Shown piece by piece: positions 9,109 through 17,804 of a DNA stretch of 52,081 bases; positions within the stretch are counted from its first letter, which is position 1; every line of letters begins with the position of its first letter. Source of the stretch: Planctomycetota bacterium (lineage in GTDB: Bacteria; Planctomycetota; Planctomycetia; Pirellulales; Lacipirellulaceae). The notes under the pieces are model-generated. The model was not told where the DNA came from. It searched no databases and was given only the letters and a program-made list of their open reading frames with translations. The stretch is taken from contig JBCCXZ010000023.1 of the NCBI GenBank assembly GCA_039190745.1, positions 1-52,081 on the forward strand. Reading direction: 5' to 3'. The translations under genes were made by a program, and so were the position numbers.

Positions 9109-9552
9109 ATGAATCGGTTGCGCTGTAGCTCGATCGCTACGCTTGCCGTTGTGCTGGCAGTTGTCGGCTGTGGTCGGGAGCTGCCCGAGACGGCCGCTGT
9201 GACGGGGACGGTGACCGTCGGGGGCCAGCCGCTCGACGAGGTCAGCGTGCTCTTTATCCCGTCGAGCTCGGGTAAGTTCTCGGGGATCACCAGCTCCGAC
9301 ATCACCGACGCGGACGGGCGTTTCGAGCTGGAGTATAAGCTGCCGGATCCAAAAGACCCCAGCAAGCCAACGTTCGGCCCGGGCGCCATGCCGGGGAGCT
9401 ACGCCGTGGTGGTGAGCGACTACCGGATGCTCTCGGAGATGCTCGATCCTCCGGGGCGTGTGCCCGAGCATTACGGCGACGCGGGGACTACGCCGTTGGA
9501 GTGCGTGGTTGGCACGGACGATCTCGTGTTCGACATCGAAGTGGCGCCTTAG
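9109..9552 (+). CDS. Lipoprotein with carboxypeptidase-regulatory-like fold (usual DUF1559 partner)
   Basis: [21 protein letters not shown] lipobox; [34 protein letters not shown] motifs; starts 2 nt after the DUF1559 stop. Confidence 0.85.
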   Translation: MNRLRCSSIATLAVVLAVVGCGRELPETAAVTGTVTVGGQPLDEVSVLFIPSSSGKFSGITSSDITDADGRFELEYKLPDPKDPSKPTFGPGAMPGSYAVVVSDYRMLSEMLDPPGRVPEHYGDAGTTPLECVVGTDDLVFDIEVAP

Positions 9553-9569
9553 GCGCGCTTTGCGGCCGG

Positions 9570-10604
9570 TTAGCCCATCCACTGGAGCCAACGGCCGTGG
9601 GGATCGAACTCGGCAAGGGTGCGCTCGTAGACGAGTTGCGATGCTTCGTATCGATTGAGGATCAGGCCCTCTTCGCTCTCGGCGGAGACGTGCCAGAGCG
9701 GGCGTTCGGCGGATGCTTCGGCCAGGACCGCCTTGAGTTTGTCCCGCTGCGGCGGCGTGAATTGGTAGAGGACCGAGCTGTTGTAGACGCAGAGGGCCGC
9801 GCCAGGCGAGGCGGCTGCGAGCAGCGGCCTGAGTTCGAGGAGCGCATCCCCTCGGACGATTGCGGGCGGGCCTTCTCGCGTCGCGATTTCAATTGCTTTG
9901 TCGAGCCGCTGCTTACGGTAACGCTGATCCGGCCAGAGCAGCGCGTGCAGCCAGGCCCGCTGGTCGCGGTCGGTGATGTCGATCGGGCTGAGGTCTAAGC
10001 CGGTGCGGCTCGCGATCTCTGGGCGTTGCGGCAGGTCCGGCGGCAAGGATGTGCCACGCATCTCCGTCGACAACACGAGTTCGGAGCCGGGATCACCGAG
10101 CACTCCGCCGTCGGGGTAGTCGATCCGGTAGCGGTCCCAGAAAAGGTTGAGGCCGGCGCTGGCTCCGATCTCGACGAGCGCCAGCGGGCGGGCACCAGAC
10201 TCTCGGTAGACGACCGACAGCGCCGGAGCGAGGAAGGTCGAGCGATTGACTTCGTTCGTCTGCACGATGCGCGTGGCGACGAGTTGTTTGATCGCCTCGG
10301 CGTGGCTGCAGCAGAAGTCGGTGAAGGTCTCTGAGAGGCTCTCGTCGACGCCGCTGCCCCGAGTGAGAGCGGCGTAGCGGTCGCTAAGCGGGTGCGTCGA
10401 TCCATTCAGGACGAGGTAGTGGACCGCGGCCAAAAAGACGTTCGGCGCCGGCGGACGGGAGGCGTGCGCGGCGAGGCCGAGCAGCGCGCTGTTTCGGGCC
10501 GTGAGCCTCGATAGCAGACCGTAACAGGGCGAGCCGAGTTCCTCGCAGACATCGCCAAACTCAAGGAAAAGGTCGGCAAGTTCTTGCTGGGTCGGCTTAG
10601 GCAT
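9570..10604 (-). CDS. DUF2332 family protein (methyltransferase-like fold, unknown function)
   Basis: QTNEVNRS, LVEIGASAGLNL, GLDLSPID, WLHALLWPDQ..R..RL motifs; ATG at 10604 lies 44 nt downstream of the displaced dnaA stop. Confidence 0.8.
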   Translation of the reverse strand: MPKPTQQELADLFLEFGDVCEELGSPCYGLLSRLTARNSALLGLAAHASRPPAPNVFLAAVHYLVLNGSTHPLSDRYAALTRGSGVDESLSETFTDFCCSHAEAIKQLVATRIVQTNEVNRSTFLAPALSVVYRESGARPLALVEIGASAGLNLFWDRYRIDYPDGGVLGDPGSELVLSTEMRGTSLPPDLPQRPEIASRTGLDLSPIDITDRDQRAWLHALLWPDQRYRKQRLDKAIEIATREGPPAIVRGDALLELRPLLAAASPGAALCVYNSSVLYQFTPPQRDKLKAVLAEASAERPLWHVSAESEEGLILNRYEASQLVYERTLAEFDPHGRWLQWMG

Positions 10605-10648
10605 GCCCTCAGCATAGCAGGATGTGCGTGGCCCTTGCCGGCAGTCGT

Positions 10649-10738
10649 TCAAGCCGACCGCAGCACCGACTCCACGCGACGCAGGGCCTCTTCCACGTGC
10701 ACCGGCTGGCTGCGCAGCTCGATCGTATCGCCGGCGTT
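10649..10738 (-). pseudogene. dnaA: Displaced duplicate of the dnaA 3' end (29 codons + stop)
   Basis: Translates NAGDTIELRSQPVHVEEALRRVESVLRSA* versus SDGETIELHSQPVHVEEALRRVESVLRSA* at 14114-14203; 80/90 nt identical by manual alignment. Confidence 0.95.
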
Positions 10739-13700
10739 GGTGGTTTTCTCCCACCTCAGCAGCAATCCGTGGGTCTTTTCAGTGGCGTAACGGTTCGCGC
10801 TACGGGCGGTTTGTGGCAATCTATTCCGCGCAGACCCGCAGCCGAGCGGATCGTTCCGGCTACCCTCACTCCACTCTAAGGGGCAATCCATGCAAGACCG
10901 TGTCACGGGCAAGTGGACGCTGGGCACACTGGAGAAACTCGAGAAGCGTCTCAACCTCGACGGCAAACTGCTTAAAGACGGAGCCGCTTTGGTTACTTTT
11001 GCAACGGTTGCAACGGGTACTGGTGACCTTCAATCGGGCATCTTTGCTGGCCTCATTACGAAGACGGCCGGCGCCGCACTGACGGCCGGGACCAATCTGC
11101 TCGAGCGGCTACGGTTGCCGCCGTTTAACGAAGAGACTTCTCTACCGACCCATGAACGGTTTCAGGTGCTGACTTACTGCTTCTGCATGAAGTCGTTCGT
11201 CGCTGCAGTTGACGAGCTGGTGCAAAGCACTGAGTTCGAGGAGGCGTGCGCGCGTTTGGCAAATGAGGTCGCCGTCGAGTCGCCCGGGCTAGAAGCGGTC
11301 AGGCTGGTGGAGAGCAATGCGGATGCGATCCGGCACCGCGCGCAGAACATTGAGGAGGCGGAGCTCTACCTGCAAGCGGGTTCACAGATCGACAAAGGCG
11401 TGGTGCCGCTTCTGGCCGCCTTTTCGGAATGGCTGGCAAACTACCTGGCGGACACAAGGCTTGCGGAGCACGTCGAAGGCCTCGACGAAGAGAGTCTCCG
11501 GTCTCGTTTCGGCAATCGGCTCACGCTGGATCTAGCGAGCGACTCCGACGACGCCAGAGCAATCCGTGATTATCTGGGGATCCAGGCAGACATGGCCACG
11601 ATCGGCTCAGCAGACACGATGGGCGCCGTTCACGATCTCCTGAAAGGTTGGATCGCGGAACAGACTCACGACCCTACCAAGGAGAAATGGGACGCATACC
11701 GAGAACACCTCCGGTCGCTCCCGGACCAGTCGTCTACGATGTTCGCGGAGGATTTCGGGGTAGCCGAAGTCTTTCAAGTGCCGATGCTTGGGCACTACAT
11801 CCAGCAGCCGCCAGCGCACGGCGTGCATGCATCGCAGGGGTCGGCGAGTCAGATTCTCGGGGCGCTCCTCAGCCAGCGCTATTCGTCCCGTAACCTTATG
11901 CTGCTGTGCGGCGGTCCCGGCTCTGGGAAGTCGACGCTCTGCCGGATGCTGGTCAGCGTGCTGGCGGAGAAGCCGAACGTCCACCCCGTATTCATCCGGC
12001 TCCGCCAACTCAAGCAGGCGGCGTCGGTCGACGGCCTGATCATCGATCACTTAACGGAACGAGGGCTGATCACGAGAGTCGATGAGATCGCAGAGCTCAC
12101 GAACCTCTACATCATCCTGGACGGTTTCGACGAGGTGGTGATGGCCGACCGCAACCGTCTGACGACGATCTTTCGGGAACTGCGCGAAGCGTTAGAGGAC
12201 AGCCGTTTTCAGAACGCGCGGGTCCTGATTGCGGGCCGGGACACGCTGTTTCCCAACGGCGACGGCTTGCCGCTGGGGGCCCACATCCTCAAGATCCTGC
12301 CGTTTGACGAGCGACGGGTGACCAACTGGGGGAGGAAGTGGCGAGGGAAGCACCCGACCGGCCCCGGTAAGAGCTTTGCCCCCGAGAACTACCTCGACAA
12401 GAACGCCGGCGAGGACACCAGTGACCTCCACGAGCTTGCCACGTGGCCGTTGACGCTCCACCTGATTGCTCGGGTGCACACGTCGGGGGGCCTCGACGGC
12501 TCTCCGGAGCAGCTCAAGGGCTTGCGCAAGGCCTATCTCTACCGGAGCATCCTCGCAGAGATCGGGCTGAGGCAGCAGGACCAGGTCCCCGGTGAAGATC
12601 GGTTGTCCGGCGATCAGTTGCGGCAGTTGGCTCGGGCTTGCGCCTGGATGCTGTATTGCCGCGGGGCGGAATCGGCGCCGTTCGACGATGTGCGTCCGCT
12701 GATCAGAGAGATGTTTCCCGACCTCCCCGACGAGGCGGGCTCCCGGTTTACCGAGGTGGCGATCTGCAATACGCCGCAGTTCAAACAGGGAGCAGAAGGC
12801 GGCTTCGAGTTCATCCATAAGACGTTTGCCGAGTTCCTCGTCGCGGAGCACATCACCGCGCAAGTCGAACAAGCTTCGCAGAAGGGGCCAAGCTACTCGC
12901 TGTCGGGCAAGGACGAGATTCAGTGGTTGCTCGATGACGAGGCAGCAACGAGTAAGCTCGGGCAGTGCTTCGCCGTGAGGTCGGTGCCGGAAGAGATATT
13001 AATAATGGTCGAACCAATGCTGGGCTGCCTGCGGCCGTTCATAGCCGGCTCATCCGCGCTAGAAGTGGTGCCTCTGGAGCATCGCAGGGAACCTTTGCGG
13101 GACATCCTGGCGCGATTGAACAACCTCTTCGCCCGCGCATTGTTGGAAGACCCCACGCCACTACTGTTGCTCCCGCGAGACGCCGCAGTCGAGAGACCGC
13201 AGGGCACTCTACAGATGCTGGCGAACTATGTGGGCGGTCTTGCAGATCTCGGCGGCTGTGCCGCCAGTGAATGGTCTGGGCGTGCAATGGAATCTAATGG
13301 AGAGGAGCCGGTGTTCAATGCAGAGCCTTTTGAGGGCGCATTCTGGCGATACGTCTGTCTGCGGCATGCCGGAGGAGCTTCGTGGTCACCCGCGTTCTCT
13401 CGATACGGAAGGGCATACTTAATCCCTTCTGAAGATCGCTTGGTGCCGTTTGAATTGCATTCGCTCGCAGAAGCTCAAGACTGGGACGCGACAATCCAGT
13501 CGTTACTCGGCAAACTCGAGGATACCATTGAGCTTGCTAGGCTATTAGCGGAGTTCAGCATGCTCTTTCCAAGAGGAGACCTCATTCAATCAAGACGTAT
13601 TGCCAAAGAGTCCGATGGCCGTGCGTTCGAGACAGTCTTTCGTTGCGCCTTGTCGGAAACACTACATTCTATACTAGGAACAGTAAACTCCTCACTGCAC

Positions 13701-14203
13701 AGACAACTGGGCGGCACCATCACGAAACCCGTTAGCCCAGCCGAACGTGTTTCAAGAGCATATCCGAGACATTACTTGTTGGACGAGGCTACCCTCGAAG
13801 CATCACGACTGGTTCGTGCCTCACTGAACGCAAGAAGCACAGATGAGGTACATCTCGACAGAGTGACTCAGTTATTCATGGATATCGAGAAGCGGTGTTT
13901 CGACGTAGCAAGACAGCTAAGCTCCATTGATGCGACAACTCAGATTGAGAATATAGTCGAAAGACGCTTTCATGAACTGTCTTCACGAATGCATGATATT
14001 AAGCTATGGCAAAGTACACACGATCCAAGAGGTGAAGAGTAGATACCAAAGAAGAGCCTACTGCTGCAGGCAACCGCTAATGATGCCCGAAGTGCATCAC
14101 GCACAAGAAGTTGCTAGGCCGACCGGAGCACTGACTCCACGCGACGCAAGGCCTCTTCCACGTGCACCGGCTGGCTGTGCAGCTCGATCGTTTCGCCGTC
14201 GCT
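10739..14203. mobile_element. 3.47-kb single-gene islet at the dnaA 3' end (no integrase)
   Basis: Bounded by the duplicated dnaA 3' end; visibly AT-richer than the flanks; carries only the NACHT gene. Confidence 0.7.
10890..14042 (+). CDS. NACHT-domain STAND NTPase (bacterial NLR-related protein), 1050 aa
   Basis: Walker A GGPGSGKST, PVFIRLR, Walker B YIILDGFDEV, VLIAGR, HD1 LATWPLTLHLI, winged-helix FEFIHKTFAEFLVAE; AAGGGG RBS before the ATG. Confidence 0.88.
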   Translation: MQDRVTGKWTLGTLEKLEKRLNLDGKLLKDGAALVTFATVATGTGDLQSGIFAGLITKTAGAALTAGTNLLERLRLPPFNEETSLPTHERFQVLTYCFCMKSFVAAVDELVQSTEFEEACARLANEVAVESPGLEAVRLVESNADAIRHRAQNIEEAELYLQAGSQIDKGVVPLLAAFSEWLANYLADTRLAEHVEGLDEESLRSRFGNRLTLDLASDSDDARAIRDYLGIQADMATIGSADTMGAVHDLLKGWIAEQTHDPTKEKWDAYREHLRSLPDQSSTMFAEDFGVAEVFQVPMLGHYIQQPPAHGVHASQGSASQILGALLSQRYSSRNLMLLCGGPGSGKSTLCRMLVSVLAEKPNVHPVFIRLRQLKQAASVDGLIIDHLTERGLITRVDEIAELTNLYIILDGFDEVVMADRNRLTTIFRELREALEDSRFQNARVLIAGRDTLFPNGDGLPLGAHILKILPFDERRVTNWGRKWRGKHPTGPGKSFAPENYLDKNAGEDTSDLHELATWPLTLHLIARVHTSGGLDGSPEQLKGLRKAYLYRSILAEIGLRQQDQVPGEDRLSGDQLRQLARACAWMLYCRGAESAPFDDVRPLIREMFPDLPDEAGSRFTEVAICNTPQFKQGAEGGFEFIHKTFAEFLVAEHITAQVEQASQKGPSYSLSGKDEIQWLLDDEAATSKLGQCFAVRSVPEEILIMVEPMLGCLRPFIAGSSALEVVPLEHRREPLRDILARLNNLFARALLEDPTPLLLLPRDAAVERPQGTLQMLANYVGGLADLGGCAASEWSGRAMESNGEEPVFNAEPFEGAFWRYVCLRHAGGASWSPAFSRYGRAYLIPSEDRLVPFELHSLAEAQDWDATIQSLLGKLEDTIELARLLAEFSMLFPRGDLIQSRRIAKESDGRAFETVFRCALSETLHSILGTVNSSLHRQLGGTITKPVSPAERVSRAYPRHYLLDEATLEASRLVRASLNARSTDEVHLDRVTQLFMDIEKRCFDVARQLSSIDATTQIENIVERRFHELSSRMHDIKLWQSTHDPRGEE

Positions 14204-15553
14204 CACCAGTCGGTCGACCTTCTGCTGGGCGCTGATGACGGTGCTGTGGCTGCGGCGGCCGAAATAGTCGCCGATTTCTGTGAGGGCGCTGCGGGTGTAT
14301 TTGCGAGCGAGCCACATGGCGACCATCCGCGGCTGCGTCGTGACGCGGGCCTTGCTGCCCGACTTGAGGCTGGCCGGTTCGACGCCGAAGACCTCGCAGA
14401 CGGCCCGCTGGATGTCGGCAAGCTTCACGGGCGGTGCGGTCTGCTGGGTGAACTCGGCGACGACCTGCTCGGCGAGCAGCGTGTCGATGGGCCGCTTGTG
14501 GGCCTGGCTGGTGGCGAGCAAGCGATTCATGGCGCCGGCGATCAGGCGGGCGCTGCCGGCGACGCCCGCGGCGATGCGGTCGATCACCTCGTCGCTGAGC
14601 TCGATGCGCATCCGGCCGGCCATGGCGCGGACGATGCCGGCGCGGGTGGCGAAGTCGGGCGGGTCGACCGCGACGGCGAGGCCGCCGGCGATGCGGCTGG
14701 CCAGGTCGGGGCTGATCTCTTTCAGTTCGCCGGGGCCGCGGTCGGCGGTGAGCACGACCTGACGGCCGAGTTGCTGCAGCGTGTCGAGCGTGTGGAGCGC
14801 CTCGTCGAGGGTGGCCTTCTTGCCGGCGAGGAAGTGCACGTCGTCGACGAGCAGGATGCCGAGAGTGCGGAACTTCTGGCGGAAGCTGGGGAGCGTGCGG
14901 CTGTCGAGCGACTGGAGGAACTCGCCGGTGAACTGCTCGGCCGTGACGCGCAGGGTCGTGTGGCTGCCGCGGGCGCGGTCGGCGATCGCACGCAGCAGGT
15001 GCGTTTTGCCGACGCCGTTGGGGCCGTAGATCAAGAGCGGGCAGTAGCGGCCCGGGTGCGTGGCGGCGGTCTGAGCCGACCGCACGGCGAGCGCGTTCGA
15101 CTCGCCCTCGACAAAACGGGCGAAGGTGCAGCGCTCCGGCCGGACCGGCGACGGGGCGGCGTGGCGGAGGGCGGAAGGATAGGCAGCGGGGCGTTCGGTC
15201 GAGTGCGTCGGTGCTGCCGGCTCAGCCGCTGCTGCGTTTTGTTGTTCGCCGCGCTCCGCCTGGGGGGCGGGCTGCCGTTCTGCGTCTTGGGTGTCGACGG
15301 TTGATTCGTCCACGACGTACCGGAGCGTGATGTTGGGTCCCAGTGCCGACTCGAGCGCTTCCTTGAGCGTCCCGTGGAGCCTCCTCCTCAGCCACGCGCA
15401 CTCGAACTCGGAGCCGCAGCGCACCTGGAGCGTTTGCCCTTCTAGCTGGAGCGCGGCCCGCGAGCCGACCCAGAGTTCGGCCCTCTCCGCCCCCAACCGT
15501 CGGACTAATTCGTCGCGAAATCCAGACAGCCTGTCTGTCGCATCCATGGTCAC
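14114..15553 (-). CDS. dnaA: Chromosomal replication initiator DnaA
   Basis: TFARFVEGESNALA, PLLIYGPNGVGKTHLL, LLVDDVHFL, domain IV PRMVAMWLARKYT...LTEIGDYFGRRSHSTVISA. Start GTG 15553 or ATG 15547. Confidence 0.95.
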   Translation of the reverse strand: MTMDATDRLSGFRDELVRRLGAERAELWVGSRAALQLEGQTLQVRCGSEFECAWLRRRLHGTLKEALESALGPNITLRYVVDESTVDTQDAERQPAPQAERGEQQNAAAAEPAAPTHSTERPAAYPSALRHAAPSPVRPERCTFARFVEGESNALAVRSAQTAATHPGRYCPLLIYGPNGVGKTHLLRAIADRARGSHTTLRVTAEQFTGEFLQSLDSRTLPSFRQKFRTLGILLVDDVHFLAGKKATLDEALHTLDTLQQLGRQVVLTADRGPGELKEISPDLASRIAGGLAVAVDPPDFATRAGIVRAMAGRMRIELSDEVIDRIAAGVAGSARLIAGAMNRLLATSQAHKRPIDTLLAEQVVAEFTQQTAPPVKLADIQRAVCEVFGVEPASLKSGSKARVTTQPRMVAMWLARKYTRSALTEIGDYFGRRSHSTVISAQQKVDRLVSDGETIELHSQPVHVEEALRRVESVLRSA

Positions 15554-15622
15554 GTCCTGCCCTCAGCCAGCCCGCGCGGCGCCGGGTTCTCCGCCCGACC
15601 CTCCACGAGAGCGATCCATTCG

Positions 15623-15746
15623 GCAGTCGAGCATTGGGCGACGCTCCCCTTCTTGGGATGCGTTGTCGCTCGTGACGCGACGCGGCGACCGGCTTGGGTC
15701 GCCTGTGGTCTGACGAGTCTGCGACGGGCTGCCCACCCTCGACTGC
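15623..15746 (-). ncRNA. Candidate structured cis-regulatory leader upstream of dnaA
   Basis: Nested complementary segments: 15623-15631/15738-15746 (9 bp), 15635-15639/15731-15735, 15641-15648/15655-15663, 15665-15673/15713-15725, 15684-15690/15697-15703. Confidence 0.3.
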
Positions 15747-15754
15747 GGGGGGCG

Positions 15755-15774
15755 ATTCTAAGAACGCTAGCGTT
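15755..15774 (-). promoter_or_regulatory. Putative dnaA -10 element and palindromic operator
   Basis: TAGAAT on the minus strand (15760-15755); perfect palindrome AACGCTAGCGTT (15763-15774); adjacent A7 tract. No canonical -35 at 17-nt spacing. Confidence 0.4.
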
Positions 15775-15919
15775 TCAAAAAAAGGACTTGACCGACAAGA
15801 AGCAGCACTCAGCTGGCGCCGGGGCGGTTGCGCGGCCGTTTGTAAGGGTTTGGCGAGGGCGACGGGGGCCGGCTCGTGTTGCGGCTTCTGGTGGAAAGCC
15901 TGTCGCGCGGGAGAGCGAC

Positions 15920-16828
15920 TCAGACTGCGTTCGGAATCAGCACGGCATGTACTGACTTGCTCTGGAAGCGCTGAAATCCTGCACGCGTGTACATTCGGAG
16001 TGCGGGTTCGTTCGACGCATCGACCGCCAAGACGAGCCGTTCGGCGTGGTTCTCGCGGCTACGCCATTGGGCAAAACGCACGATGTCGTGCCCCCAACCG
16101 TTGCCGCGAGCGGAAGGGACGACGCCCATGTAGACCAGCTCGATGACCGGCGACGGGTGCCTGGCGAGGATGAGCACGCCGACGTCCTCTCCGTCCGCAG
16201 AGGCGGTAAACCACAAATCGGGGTCGTGCTCGCCCTGGTGTTTGTAGCCTTCCAGCACATCGCCGGTTGACCGCACGCCGCTGAGCTTGGGGCAGTCGAG
16301 GGAATCGATGTAGGTCTCGTCGACCGCGGAGGTCATCCGGTCGCGTGCCTCCTCGCCAACGGTTTGGAACCGTAGCGGCGTGGCAGGCTGTTCTCGGGGG
16401 AACGTGTCGGCGGGGGCACCGAGGTAGTCGAGGTCGACGAGGTGGGGGAAACCGGTCTCGGCGAGGAGTTGCCGGCGCTGGGCGTCTCGCGGGTCGACCA
16501 GGGTTTGGGCCAACGAGAGGCCGGCTTCCCGCGCTTGGCTGCTGGTGGATTCGAGGATCGAGCGAGCGGCGTGTCGATCGGGCCGCGGAGGCCAGAGCAC
16601 CCCGGTTCTGCCGGGCAGCATCTGCAACCAGCCGGCGTTGGCGATGCCGTCGCGGTCGTCACGACCGATCCACAAGCCTCGGAAGTCGGGCGCGGCTTCG
16701 GCGTTGACTGTTTCTAGCGCGGCGACCAGCCCCGGTTGCTGGTCGGGCGGCTGAGCGTCGTAGAGCACCCGCAGCGCCTCGGGGACGGCTTCGGCGGGGC
16801 ATCATTCTGCCTGGCAGGGTGCGTTCAC
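15920..16828 (-). CDS. GNAT family N-acetyltransferase; possible in-frame TGA at codon 9
   Basis: ELVYMGVVPSARGNGWG, LVLAVDASNEPALRMYTRAGF, TYIDSLDCP. The open frame starts at GTG 16768, but the same frame reads MNAPCQAE*CPAEAVPEALR from GTG 16828. Confidence 0.85.
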
Positions 16829-16876
16829 ACGCTCACCATAGCCGACCCCGGCGTTGCGTTGCGAGGTCGACCCGGG

Positions 16877-17767
16877 TCACCGGTAGCGGTGCAGCTTGTC
16901 GAGGTCTTCCACGCGTGGCTGGGGCACGAGTGTGCGGGGGGACTTCCAGGCGTTCTCCGGCTTCAGCGGCGGTTGAGCAACCTCGGCCTCCGGGGCCTCT
17001 TCGGGAGGGGCGGCCTGGGCAGCGGCGGCCTGTTGAGGGGGCTGCTGCGTGGCCTGCGGGCTGTGCGCTGTCTGCGGCGGGTTAGCCGGAAGCTGTGGCA
17101 CAGCGTCCGGAGGCAGGGGGCGTGCCGTCTCTGGACGCTGCAGGTGCATCACGAAGCTGAAGCTCTCGTGCGGCAGGCTGTCCCAGAGGACGCTGGCGGG
17201 CTTGGTGCGGAGCTCGCTGACGACCAACTCGCCCGAACGGAGCTGAAAGAGCTGCTGGGCAGGCAGGGGCGTTGGTTGTCGGGCCATGCCGAAGCGGCGG
17301 GTCGCCAGTGCGACCAGCCGGGAGGTGTCGGCCGTCCGGCCGCGGAGGGTGATCCGATGCACGCGGTTGTCGGCGCCGAAGTAGTAAGTGAGCGACCCGG
17401 CGACGTCGTCCAGGCGGGTGCCGGTGACTAGCGGAACACGGACGCCGTACCAGTCGATCTCGGCGAGGCCGGTCGACTTGCGCGGCCAGTGGTGATAGAC
17501 CCACTCTTTGCTGACATCCAGGTTGAGCGCCTGTTCGAGCGACAAGGCCGCGTGCCCGGCGAGCGGGGTCGAGGAAGGGAAGAGCCTCGCCTCGGGCGGC
17601 GTGGAGAGCGCTTCGACCGACTTGCCGGGGGCGGCCGGGCTGGAATTCGCCGGGCTGGTCACTCCGGAGACGCCGTTCTCGAGCCACTCGGGCGGGTTGT
17701 TGGCCACGTAGGGGACGCCGACCGATGCGGCGACCAGGACAGGCATGGCTAGGGCTCGGGGGAACAC
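16877..17767 (-). CDS. Planctomycete hypothetical protein (DUF6690-like)
   Basis: N-terminal hydrophobic segment ending GVPY; conserved-looking WVYHHWPRKSTGL...RVPLVTGTRLDDVAGSLTYYF; family name from recall. Confidence 0.65.
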   Translation of the reverse strand: MFPRALAMPVLVAASVGVPYVANNPPEWLENGVSGVTSPANSSPAAPGKSVEALSTPPEARLFPSSTPLAGHAALSLEQALNLDVSKEWVYHHWPRKSTGLAEIDWYGVRVPLVTGTRLDDVAGSLTYYFGADNRVHRITLRGRTADTSRLVALATRRFGMARQPTPLPAQQLFQLRSGELVVSELRTKPASVLWDSLPHESFSFVMHLQRPETARPLPPDAVPQLPANPPQTAHSPQATQQPPQQAAAAQAAPPEEAPEAEVAQPPLKPENAWKSPRTLVPQPRVEDLDKLHRYR

Positions 17768-17804
17768 GGCGTGATAATCCAGGGGAGGGTTCTCGTGGCG
17801 ACAA

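Noticed and set aside
10649..10966. 105-aa ORF as a full gene
   Set aside because: Its 5' part is antisense to the NACHT start; only the last 29 codons are meaningful (dnaA duplicate).
6727..14042. Patatin plus NACHT as one defence operon or a CBASS system
   Set aside because: They are separated by three unrelated genes, the patatin lies outside the dnaA-bounded islet, and there is no CD-NTase.
10649..14203. Diversity-generating retroelement TR/VR pair
   Set aside because: No reverse transcriptase; mismatches are not confined to adenines and follow codon structure.
15554..15919. oriC next to dnaA
   Set aside because: No DnaA-box cluster and only a short AT-rich patch.
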